From: Leucoraja erinacea
Taxonomy: Eukaryota
Length of the DNA stretch: 64,000 nt
NCBI RefSeq assembly: GCF_028641065.1
Contig: NC_073385.1
Coordinates: forward strand, 56,978,001 to 57,042,000
Direction of reading: 5' to 3'
A program made the translations under genes and the position numbers. How positions within the stretch are numbered: the stretch's first letter is position 1; the number at the start of each line of letters is the position of its first letter. Under the pieces are notes generated by a model, which saw only the letters and a program-made list of their open reading frames with translations, did not search any database and was not told the DNA's origin. Shown here piece by piece: positions 53,500 through 64,000 of the stretch.

Positions 53500-55010
53500 G
53501 GTCATATGGTAAGGAAACAGACCCTTCTACCCCACATATGCCGATAAGCTAGTCCCATTTGCCCACATTTGATCCATATCCCATTAAACGTTTCCTATCC
53601 ATGTACTTGTCTTTTAAATGTTGTTATTCTACCTGCCTCAACTACCTTCTCTCACTCTACACACCCACCACCCTCTGTGTGAAAAGGCTGCTCCTCAACT
53701 TTCCCCTCTCACCTTAAACCTATGTCCTCTATTCCTTAATTCCCCAACAGTGGATGTGCATTTACACTATCCATTCCTTGTGTGCTTTTATACACCTCTA
53801 TAAGATCACCCCTTAGTCACATGCACTCCAAGAAATAAAATCCTATCTTGCCCAATCTCTCCCTATAGCTCAGGCCCTCAAGTCCTGGCAACATCCTCGT
53901 AAATCTTTACTCAATACTCTTTCCAGCATAATTACATCCCTCCTATACCATGGTAACCAAACCTGAACACAATACTCCAAATGCGGCCTCACCAACATCT
54001 TGTACAACTGTGACATAATGTCCCAACTACTACACTCAATCCCCTGACTTATGAAGGCCAATATACCATAAACCTTCTTTACCACCCTATCAACCTGTGA
54101 TGCCACTTTCAGAGAACTGTGCACCTGTACTCCTAGATCGACAAGACTACTCGGTGCATTGCCATTCACTGTGAAGGTCCTGCTCAGGTTTGATTTCTAA
54201 AAAAATTCAACCCCTCACACTTGCCTGCATTAAACTCCATTTGCCATTCATCAGTTCACTTGGCCAGCTGATCAAGATCCTTCTGTAAGTTTTGCTAATC
54301 ATCTTCACTATCTACGATGCCACCCACTTTAGTGTCATCTGCAAACTTATTGATCATGCCTTTACATTTTCATCTATATCATTGATATAAATCACAAATA
54401 GTGATGGATCCAGTACCAATTCCTGAGGCACACAACTAGTCACAGGCTTCAAGTCCAAAAAACAACTTTCTATCACCACCACCTGCTTCCTCCCACGTAG
54501 CCAATTCTCTATCCAGGCCACTAGCCCCCCCTGGATGCCATGTGATCTAACCTTCCAGAGCAATTTATTAGATTAGATTAGATTAGATTAGATTAGATAG
54601 CCTTTATTGTCATTCAGACCGAAGTCTGAACGAAATTGCAGCAGAACCTTATCAAATGCTTTGCTATAGTCCATATTGCAACGTCTGTAGTCTTGCATTC
54701 AGCAACCTTCTTAGTTACATCTTCAAAAAACTTAATCAGATTCACGAGACACGGTCTCCTATGTTCAAAACCATGTTGACTACCCCAAATCAGCACCCAT
54801 CTATCCAAATGCATATATTTCTTATCCCTCAGAATCCTCTCCAGTAACTTATCGACCACAGATATTAGGCTCACTGGTCAGTAGTTCCCAGGCTTTTCCT
54901 TGCAGCCCTTGTGAAATAGAGGCACAACATTAGTCACCCTCCAGTCTTTTGGCACCTCAACCATGCCTAACGATGATTCATATATCGCTGTCAGGGCTCC
55001 TGCAATCTCT
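53500..55010 (-). mobile_element. CR1 LINE, about 1.5 kb decayed ORF2
   Basis: SQHGFEHRRPCLVNL, VRSHGIQG, VPQELVLDPSLFVIYIND, LVRPHLEYCVQ. Confidence 0.9.
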
Positions 55011-55439
55011 CCACCAGAAGCAAACCCAATGGTCCAAAATCTGAATACCTGCCCCATGCACCAACTCCTCAGCTATGATTTAACTTGTCCTCTCTTCCTG
55101 TTCTTGCTCTCTGGGCGATCCGGAGATTGGTCATCCTGTTTGACGGGTGCTTGTTTAAAATGCCATCTTGATTTGGTGTTTTTCACTGGAACCTGTGGTT
55201 AGGCACAGCCCGAACTTCATAGTCAACCTGTCATGCTCTAAATGCCTGCATTTTAACCTTTTGCCTAATTCCCTGCATTCATTCTGCAGGACTACATCTA
55301 TTTTCCTACCTATGTCATCTGTGCCAAGATGCACAACGACTTCAATCTGCTCCCCCTCGGGAATGTTCTGCAGCTGTTCGGAGAAATATCATTACAAAGG
55401 CCAGCAGTAGTAGCAAGTTGCAGATTATTGATTGCATTG

Positions 55440-55722
55440 ATTGAAAGGTGCAGCATGGAAACAGTCCCTTGAGTCCACACCGACCATTGATCACCCGATC
55501 ACACTAGTTCTATGTTATCGCATTTTCGCATCCACCGCCTACACGCTAGAGAGGTTTTGCATTGGCCAATTTGCCTACAATCTGCACGTCTTTGGGATGT
55601 GGGAGGAAACCCACAGGGAAAACGTGAAAACTCCACACAGACAGCGCCTGGGGGAAGGATCGAACCTGGTCTCTGGCGCTGTGAAGCAGCATCTCAACCA
55701 GATGCACCAACGTGCCACCCTT
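55440..55722 (-). mobile_element. V-SINE
   Basis: Reverse-strand copy. Confidence 0.75.
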
Positions 55723-56197
55723 CATTAACTGAACGGAAATTTGCCATGGTGGGATTTGAACTGGGTCTGGGGATTATTGGTTCAGGCCCTTGTAGGTTGC
55801 TGGTCTGCAAACTAACCTTACAACCCCGTGACCTCATCTGTTGTCGAGAGTGGTTGCCGAGAGTTTTCCCCTCCCAGATTGGGTGAAGGCAGCACCCATA
55901 ATCCCACGTTGGGCCTGGGCTCATGGTCTTGGCTGCAACCGAGGCTGTTGAGTGAGAATAGCGTTTGCCTATTTTTTGTGCGTATAGTTTGAGTGTGACA
56001 GCGTGGCTGTGAAGAGCAGGCTGTGCAATACATTTGATGCCAGACCACAGTGAACTGTTGAGGAAACACCAAATCAAGATGACATTTTAAACCAAGGAAC
56101 TGTTACCCAGCATGAGTAAACATGTTCGAACAAACCTCAGTACATATCTATAAGGCAGCATCTGTTGAGGGATATAGACAGACAACATCTTGCCTCA

Positions 56198-56690
56198 GGA
56201 GTCATAAAACGATACAGTGTGGAAACAGGCCCTTCGAACCAACTTGCCCATACTGGCATACACTATGTCCCAGCTACATTAGCTCCACCTCCCCACGTTT
56301 GGCCTATATCCCTCCAAACCTGTCCTATCCATGTACCTGTATAACTGTTTCTTAAACATTGGGATAGTCCCAGCCTCAACTACCTCATCTGGCAGCTTGT
56401 TCCGTACACCCACTGCCCTTTGTGTGAAAAAATTACCCCTCAGATTCCGATTAAATCTTTTCCCCTGCACCTTAAACCTATGTCCTCTGGTCCTCGATTC
56501 ACCCACTCTGGGTAAGACAGTGCATCCACTCGATCTATTCCTCTCATGATTTTATACACCTCTATAAGATCACCGCTCATCCTCCTGCACTGCAAAGAAT
56601 ATAGTACCAGCCTACTCAACCTCTCCCTATAGCTCAGACCCTCTAGCCCTGGCAACATCCTCGTAAATCTTCTCTGCACCTTTTCCAGCA
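56198..56690 (-). mobile_element. CR1 LINE 3' end
   Basis: LEKVQRRFTRMLPGLEGLSYRERL...GESRTRGHRFKVQGKRFNRNLRGNFFTQR. Confidence 0.9.
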
Positions 56691-57034
56691 CTTTTTCTTT
56701 GGACCAGGAGAGTGGTCAGGATATCAGTCTGAGGAAGGACCCCCAGCTGAATAGTTACCTGCCCTTGTCCTCCCCAGATGCTGCCTGTTCCTCCTACACT
56801 TTCTATTTTGCTCGAGTTACAAATTAATACAGGTTGTTTGAGCCGCCTCAGCTCTGATCATCAAATCAATACCATTACACTGATCCCATTTTATTCTCCT
56901 CATGTGACCATCAATTCCTTTCTGCCAGATTCCACCACTCACCTGCATGCCTGGGTCTATTTACAGAGGCCATTTGCATGCCTTTGGGATGTGGGAAGAG
57001 AAACACTGGTGCTTACCAGGGGAACATGCAGATA

Positions 57035-57498
57035 GACACAGTGTGGTAGAGTTGCTGCCTCACAGTGCCAGAGACCAGGGTTCTATCCTGACCTTGACTG
57101 CTGTCTGTGTGGCATTTAACCGTTCTCCCTGCGAACGCAGTGGGTTTATCTGGGTGCTCCGCTTTCCTCCCATATCTTAAGAAGCGCGTGTTTGTAGGTT
57201 AATTGGCCTCTGTAAATTGTCCCCAGTGTGTTGAGAATGGATGAGAACGTGGGATAACACAGAACTAGCATGAATTAATGTCTGAAGAAGGGTTTCGGCC
57301 CGAAGCGTTGCCTATTTCCTTCGCTCCATAGATGCTGCTGCACCCGCTGAGTTTCTCCAGCATTTTTGTGTATCTTCGATTTTCCAGCATCTGCAGTTCC
57401 TTCTTAAACACATGAATAAATGATCGGTGGTTAGTGTGGACTTGGTGGACCAAAGGGCTTATTTCCATGCTACATCTCTAAATTAAATAAAAACTAAA
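57035..57498 (+). mobile_element. V-SINE carrying a nested Penelope-terminus-derived unit (about 57281-57409)
   Basis: The SINE tail is interrupted, with TSD catgaattaatg / catgaataaatg. Confidence 0.8.
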
Positions 57499-57631
57499 AG
57501 GACATATCAGAAGTCAAGACTGCACATTGATCACCTTAGCTGTGAGGCAGTAGCTCTGCAGGGTCTCACTATGACCGGACTGATTGGTAATACCCAAATT
57601 GTGCACAATAAGCCCTTATAATTGTAGTGTA

Positions 57632-58013
57632 GTGTAACACAAAACTCCGCAAAAAAGGATATACCAACCGTGTTTTGTTTTTTAAAATTTATTTTATACC
57701 CCCCGTTACCAGATCCTGGTACCATTTATATTTTAAATTACTAGCGATTGTTTTTCCTGTTTTTTTTTCTTTTCTTTCTAGGGTCTTATTTCCTTTCTTT
57801 ACTCCCTTCTCTAATTTCTTCCCTAAGGGGCTTTCTTCTCCCAACACTTTCCTGCACCTTCACGATTCTTGCTCACTTTCCTTACTTCTTTTATTTCTAC
57901 CCTTTTTAAAGCTCGAAAAACGTAGTGGTACAACAAAATGTAATAAGGTTTATGTGATGTGTATTACTGTAATTTACTGTACTTCTAATAAAAATTAAAA
58001 ACAAATAATAATA
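57632..58013 (+). mobile_element. L1-like 3'UTR insertion with polyA signal and TSD
   Basis: aataaa plus A-rich tail, 14-bp TSD ataattgtagtgta (57618-57631 / 58014-58027). Confidence 0.6.
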
Positions 58014-58455
58014 ATAATTGTAGTGTAATTGTGAGCAAACTGCCAATGTTGGTGACTTGGTCTTATTACTGCATGCCACATTGAGGAGCACAGGATTTGA
58101 CAGAGGAAGGAAGCTATGCATCATATCAAAGGATGTTATTCTGGGAAGTGAGAAGTACATTAGATAACATTACATGATGGGTAAGGGTAGTTATAATGAG
58201 GGTTAGATGTCTCTTGAAGAGAGCGTTGGAAAGGGCTTGGAGGGTGATGGGTGGAAGAGATCACGGACAATGGGACTTGACTAGGTGGAATTTGGGAAAA
58301 AGGATAGGACCAGGATATAAACTGCAAACAGTTTGATGGCAGATACAGTTAGAGTCACAAAGGGTGTTACAGTGAGGGTGACGGGACTATCAAAGAGTGT
58401 TACAGTGAAGGTCAGAGGGCATGTCAGATGGTGTTACAGTGTCACAGGGTGTATC

Positions 58456-58599
58456 TTCTTCTTTTTCTTCTTTTGTGTGGCGTGCACAGCCTAAAGTTGT
58501 TGGACAACTTGTTCTATTTGATCTTCCGTTTGTGCACGTCGAGTTGATTGCATTAGTCGAAACAGGGCGGACCACATGAAGGTTGCAATCTTCCACCCC
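58456..58599 (-). mobile_element. Short ribozyme-headed non-autonomous retroposon with (AAG)n-like tail
   Basis: Flanked by a 12-bp direct repeat acagggtgtatc (58444-58455) / acagggcgtatc (58600-58611). It interrupts a minisatellite, has a 3' stem-loop and an AAG-rich tail, and shows no tRNA head. Confidence 0.8.
58546..58599 (-). ncRNA. Minimal HDV/CPEB3-like self-cleaving ribozyme (predicted)
   Basis: Minus strand reads GGGGTGG AA GATTGCA ACC TTCATGT GGT CCGCCCT G TTTCGA CTAA TGCAATC. P1 is 7 bp with G1-U wobble, P2 is 7 bp perfect, P3 is 3 bp, L3 is 7 nt, P4 is vestigial, and J4/2 is CUAA with the catalytic C. Confidence 0.8.
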
Positions 58600-59307
58600 A
58601 CAGGGCGTATCAGAGGGTATCATAGTGCAGGTTACAGGGTATATGCAAGAATATTGCAGTGAGAGTCACAGGTTATATCAGAGGGTGTTGGAGAGGGTGA
58701 TGTTATATCAGAGGGTGTTACAGTGAGGGTACACAAAAATGCTGGAGAAACTCAGCGGGTGCAGCAGCATCTATGGAGTGAAGGAAATAGGCAACGTTTC
58801 GGGCCAAACCCCTTCTTCAGGTGTTACAGTGAGGGTCACTGGGTAAATCAGAGAGTAGTATAATGAAGGTGATAAACATATCAGACAGTGTTACAAGGAG
58901 GGTCATGGTGCGTATCAGACGGTATTATAGTGGGTTTTATCATCTGAAGAAGGGTCTTGACCCGAAACGTCACCCATTCCTTCTTTCCAGAGATGCTGCC
59001 TGTCCCGCTGTGTTACCCCAACATTTTGTGTCTACCTTCTATTTAAACCAGCATCTGCAGTTCCTTCCAACACATCAGAGAGAATGGTACAGTTTGGAGG
59101 CAATTGTGTCTATGACATTCTGGTGTTGGCCTGCTTGCCATTATAGGCTGCACGGGGGGTTGGGCAGTGGGAGAGGCTTCACTGCCTTTGTTTGCCTTGC
59201 TGGCACACTGTGCCAGTGGACAAATGAATTTGGTGTCCTTCAGCCTCTGTACATTACAGTGAAAATTCATCCCATTCGCCAATGTCTGCAACCTTGCTCC
59301 TCTACAG

Positions 59308-59512
59308 AACGTACCTGGAGGAAGAGCTGATGAAAGCCCGCGAAAAACCAAAGTTGCGGAAGGACATGTACAAGAAAATGGTAGAAGTTGACCCTCAGGC
59401 ACCAACGCCAGCGGAGCACACTCTGCAGGGAATAACTAAGCCACGATACATGCAGTGGAGAGAGTCCCTCAGCTCGACAGCAACATTCGGCTTCCGCATT
59501 GAAGGCGTTAAG
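59308..59512 (+). CDS. ITPKA-like: Inositol-trisphosphate 3-kinase, coding exon 4 (IP-binding lobe)
   Basis: Acceptor ...ctctacag|, (R)[33 protein letters not shown]...[27 protein letters not shown], donor AAG|GTACAT. 205 nt, phase 2 in, phase 0 out. The gene must continue downstream. Confidence 0.96.
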
Positions 59513-60054
59513 GTACATGAGGTTTTGTGGCTGTTTGAGGCCTCTGCTGATGTTCTAATCAAGTGGGTTGTGGCCCTTCTTGTGGAGAAATGGAAGAGCG
59601 GTTTTCTCTTGTTTCTAGGGGTAGAATTCCCAGATGCCACAACGGACTCCTGGGTTCAAGTCCCGACCAATGCACAACACACTGCGGCATCAGCTTGAAC
59701 CCTTTAGGGTGGCGCAGCGGGTAGTACCGCTGTCTCACAACTCGTGCAACCCAAGTTCAATCCTGACCTCAGATGCTGTCTCCAGTGACCAAGTGCGTTC
59801 TCTCCGAGTGCTCCTGTTTCATGGACAGTGGCTCTACCAGCTGCATAATCTGACAATTATCTTAATTCCTTACTTATAATTTATTTTCCATAAATATAGT
59901 CTACTCTTTTACTTGAGCCTTGGTCCCCTGTCCTGACTTTTCCTTGAAAGTCCCGCCTGATTATGCTGCTGCTGTGAAACACTTTGTGATATTTTACAGT
60001 GTTAAATGTATCACATCCTTGTGTGTTCCTGTTATTATTGTGTTGCTCAGTTCT

Positions 60055-60430
60055 TGGCAAGAATGAAAGAATGAATAAGTTTATTGGCCAAGTATTCACA
60101 TACAAGGAATTTGCCTTGGTGCTCCGTTCGCAAGTAACAACACGACATGCAGTAACAATTAGGAATGACACATAAAACATTAAACATTAAGAATAAAATA
60201 TTATAGTTTAAATATGTGAATTAAATAAAATACCAGAACAAAATGAGGCTACAGACTTTTGGTTATTGAGTAGAGCTACTACTCGTGGAAAAAAATGTTT
60301 TTATGTCTAGCTGTGGCAGCTTTGACAGTCCAGAGTCGCCTTCCAGAGGGAAGTGATTCAAAGAGTTTGTGGCCAGGATGAGAGGGGTCAGAGATAATTT
60401 TACCCGCTCGCTTCCTGGCCCTTGCAGGAG
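60055..60430 (-). mobile_element. LINE 3' end (Rex/Babar-like)
   Basis: (GAAT)-like tail, tttattggccaagtattcacatacaaggaattt 3'UTR, then coding-like sequence. Confidence 0.55.
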
Positions 60431-60702
60431 GTAACTGGAGAAATGGGCTCAAAGACCCTGCAATCTTACATTATTCATTTTAATCAATAATCATCCCTTG
60501 AACTGGATGCATTGATCTTTGGTGTAAACTAGGTCCCCGTTAAGTGAGGCTCCATGAACTGAAATTTGTCTCCCCGCACTAGGACACGGAAATAAAAATC
60601 TTGTTCAGAATCAAATCTGGTAATCAGGAAATACTATTTAGTGGCACCCATTAGTGCTAACATAAAACCCTTGCAAAAGCTACAGTGAAAAGGACTGTGT
60701 GA

Positions 60703-60798
60703 GTCTGAAGAAGGGTTTCGGCCCGAAACGTTGCCTATTTCCTTCGCTCCATAGATGCTGCTGCACCCGCTGAGTTTCTCCAGAATTTTTGTGTACCT
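60703..60798 (+). mobile_element. Young Penelope-terminus-derived unit with hammerhead-like core
   Basis: Near-identical to 57281-57375 and to the reverse complement of 58731-58819. Confidence 0.8.
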
Positions 60799-61209
60799 GT
60801 GTTCTATAATACTGGACTGATTATGGATTGAGAGGAGGAAGGATTTCTTTAGTCAGAGAGTATTTCCCTCAGTATCTGCTGCAGATGAGCATGTTCTGTG
60901 TTACGGCACAGCCGTGTCTGTCATGTACACAGTCAGGCTATGAAAACCTGCGCAGAGCTCATGATCTGCCATCTGCTGGCATGAGTAAGTATGGCAGCAC
61001 GCTGCAGGAATTTTACAAAACATTGCAGATGCTGGAATCTTGAACAAAAGAGCCTGAAAAAGGATCCCAACACAAAATGTTGCCTGTCCATTCCATCCCC
61101 AAATGCTGTCTGATCCGTCGAGTTCCTCCAGCACTTTTTGTTTTAATCACATGAGTGGGATATTTTTATATCTAATGCTAATTTTGTGCACACCATAAAT
61201 TTACTCGAA

Positions 61210-61320
61210 GACGCACGCACATGCACACGCTCACGCATACACACACACCCATATACGCACACACACACGAACGCACACACACATACACAAACGCCCACAC
61301 AAACGCGTGCACTCACACAT
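61210..61320. repeat. Imperfect (CA)n microsatellite
   Basis: Alternating purine/pyrimidine tract. Confidence 0.85.
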
Positions 61321-62045
61321 GTGCAGAAAATCCAGGAGACAAATCATTGGATATAGGTATTGTGGAGAAGAAAGCTTGTGGGATAATATCCCTGGAGGCC
61401 AATAACCAAGAGATGCTACGGACTGGAGAGGAAGTCTTTGCTTGCTGGGGAATGGTGGGTGTCTGGAGCTCTGCCTTGGAAGTGTGGTGGAGGCAAACAC
61501 GTGGGTTATATTTTAAAAAGCACCGGATGCACATTTCATAGAGACACAAGGAACTGCAAATACAGGAATTGTGAGCAAAATACAAAGTGCTAGAATACAA
61601 AATACAAAGTCAGCAGGTCAGGCAGCATCTGTGAAGGGAATGGATAGATGATGTTTCAGATTGGACTTCTTCAATCTCTCACATGACTGAGACTGAAAAA
61701 GGTCCCTGACGTCTTTTCCCTCCACAGATGTTGTCTGACCTACTGAGTTCCTCCTATGTTTTGAACATTTCAGTCTCACAATGATAACATTCAATGATTC
61801 ACTGTCACATATACACACTACATTTTATATCTTACAGCTTAAGTGAAAAATTTAGTGGCTCTTTGCAAACATTGCCTTTTCCCACAGTCCTGCACCATAC
61901 ATGTATTCTACTGCCACAGGCCATTTCAAGCCTGCCTTAAATCCAACAAATGAGTGAATCCTGATCCCTAGACACCATGAATGGACTGAAACAAGATTGG
62001 AATGTGAACATTTGAGGAAGCAGGTTGTGCAGTAATTGGGAATTA

Positions 62046-62554
62046 AGGGGCTAATCCGTGAGTTCTGGCGAGTTTGCCCTCAACTCATACTCACAGCATG
62101 GTCGACACGAGGCCATAGGAGTTGTTTGTAACACTCCTTCATGCTCGAGAGTGGTCCCCACATACTCGAGGCCTCAGCTAGGTCGCACCGTATTTTTCAA
62201 CATGTTGAAAAATGCCCGCAAGTAAAAAAAGGTCGCCATGGAAAACATCGATACTTTTATTACTCGTAGGCTTAGTCGTAGTAGGTCGGCATGTTAGTCG
62301 TAGGTAATCGAGGATATTCAAAGGTGTCGTAGATAGTCTTCATCATAGTCGAAGGGAGGTCGAAAGAGATCGATGGAGGTCGGCTTCACTCTCCACTATT
62401 CGGTGTCCAATTTTTCCGAAATTAGTCATAGCTAGTTGAAGCTGGTCTTCAACATAGTCAAAGAAGGTCAAAGGAGGTCTTCAACATCATTTTTTCAAAC
62501 TCTCCTAAACTCTTCTAAACTCGCTAATTAGGTTGCACAAGTGGGACAGCCCCT
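62046..62554. mobile_element. PIF/Harbinger-type non-autonomous DNA transposon
   Basis: TTA|aggggct...aagtgggacagcccct|TTA, a 3-bp TTA TSD. The interior is homologous to 62864-63222. Confidence 0.8.
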
Positions 62555-62823
62555 TTAGAGTGAAAAGCAAACTGCTGAGGGAACTCAGCGGGTTCTGCAG
62601 CATCTGTGTGGGGGGGGGGAATTGTCAACACTGGGTCGAGACCCTGTATCAGGATTCCTTGCCCCCCACAGATACTGCCTGATGTTCTGAATTCCCCAGC
62701 AGTTTGTTATTTTTGCTCCAGATTCCAGCATCTGCAATCTCTTGTGTCTCCGATTGGTATTTAATGCTTAGTTTTGTTTAGTTTAGTTTGATATTGTCAC
62801 ATGTAATAAGATACAAAATACCA

Positions 62824-63492
62824 AGGGGCGACATGGGGGCGCAGCGGTATAGTTGCTGCCTTAAGCCCCTGTCCCCCTTTCACGACCTAATTGGCGACCT
62901 TTGCCGAGTTTGCCCTTGACTCATACTCGCAGCATGGTCGTAGGAGGTCTTCATAACTCTTCTTCATGCTCGTGAGTGGTCTCCGCGTCCTCGTGGCCTC
63001 AAGTAGGTCGCTCGTTTTTTCCAGCCTGATAAAAAATGTCTACTTGTAGCTAGTCATAGTTGGTCCTAGGTGTGGAAGACTGTGGTCGAGGGGGGTCGTA
63101 GGAGGTCGTGGACATAGTCGTAGAGGGTCTTTCAGTGAGTCAACACGACATTAACATTTTTTTACAACTCGTCCGGGGTCTTCTAAACTCGTGGATTAGG
63201 TTGTCCAAGTTGGACGGGCCCTTTACAATGCCAGAAACCCAGGTTCGATCCTAACTGGGTTCAATCTGTGTGGAGTTTGTACGTTCTCCCCATGACCATG
63301 AGGTTTTCTCCGAGTGCTCGCGTTTCCTCTCGTACTCCAAAGACCTACAGGTTTGTAGGTGAATTGGCTTTGGTAAAGATTGTAAATTGTCCCTAGTGTG
63401 TGTAGGATAGTGTTACTGTGCGGGGATCGCTGGTCGCTGCTGACTCGGCAGGCCGATGGGCCTGTTTCGGCGCTGTAGCTCTAAACTAAACT
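62824..63492 (+). mobile_element. V-SINE (split by the MITE)
   Basis: Head 62824-62863, body and tail 63223-63492. Confidence 0.85.
62864..63222. mobile_element. PIF/Harbinger-type MITE nested in a V-SINE
   Basis: The SINE head gctgccTTA|element|TTAcaatgccag shows a clean TTA duplication, and the TIRs are degenerate. Confidence 0.85.
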
Positions 63493-64000
63493 GAGACAGT
63501 GAAAAGCATTGTTTCGTGTGCTATCCAGTCAGATCGTACAATACTTGAGTACAATTATACACAAGTAAAAGAGTGAAACAATTGTAAGTAGATCTTCTGG
63601 GACAGCAAGCAAAGAGTTGTCCCGTTTGTAGCGAGAGGGCAAAGGCTTTGGATAACTTGAAATGTGGCTGATTGACTGGAAGAGATCACTAGGAACTGGA
63701 AGCTTCAAATGTGTGAAAGAGTAAAATGAATAATGTCAGTGGTACGGGGTCCAGATGCAGATTTTTATTTCCGCACTGCAACATTCTGACATGGACAACA
63801 CTGGTGCAATTCGTTTAGAAATGTTATACTTTTAACTAGCAGTGTGCTTGTCTCCAAATACTTCATGTAAATTCAATGTGGAGGGGGCTTGAGAATAGGA
63901 TGTGGGCTTTAGGGGTGAAGGGGGAGGTGGGGGCGGTCAGCTTGAATTGGAGATTAGTGGGGGCCAAAAGAGTGGTGAGTCATGTTGGATAAAAATAAAC

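Larger units (their letters stand above)
58345..58940. repeat. Degenerate minisatellite, about 32-bp unit (ggtgttacagtgagggtcacagggtatatcagag-like)
   Basis: About 10 diverged units, interrupted by two insertions (58456-58599 and about 58731-58819). Confidence 0.8.

Noticed and set aside
58345-58940. Repeat-spacer appearance suggesting a CRISPR array
   Set aside because: These are degenerate tandem units without unique spacers, in a vertebrate intron with no cas genes.
1-64000. Most ORFs in the six-frame track
   Set aside because: They are short, often start at non-ATG codons, and lie in SINE/LINE/Penelope remnants or low-complexity DNA. The locus is a spliced eukaryotic gene.
59513-64000. 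Next ITPK exon (expected K.DG...DFK motif)
   Set aside because: No matching sequence was found by eye. It is presumed to lie beyond the window.

Overview
Repeat-dense vertebrate genomic DNA, most likely from a cartilaginous fish (skate/ray-like, inferred from V-domain HE1-type SINEs, CR1/HER1-type LINEs and Penelope-derived elements). It holds the 5' part of one + strand protein-coding gene, an inositol-trisphosphate 3-kinase (ITPKA/B/C family, divergent). Four coding exons have consistent GT-AG phases: 3660-4088, 45152-45251, 47244-47457 and 59308-59512. Intron 1 is about 41 kb, and the remaining exons were not found in the window. Almost everything else is interspersed repeats (V-SINEs, CR1, Rex/Babar-like, Penelope, L1/Tx1, Harbinger-type MITEs) and simple repeats. 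Top observation: a 144-bp TSD-flanked minus-strand retroposon (58456-58599) whose first 54 nt fold into a complete minimal HDV/CPEB3-like self-cleaving ribozyme starting exactly at the element's 5' end. Second: a large family of short Penelope-derived units carrying minimal hammerhead motifs, many with their own TSDs. Repeat family names and homologue comparisons come from recall, not database searches, and repeat boundaries are approximate unless a TSD is given.
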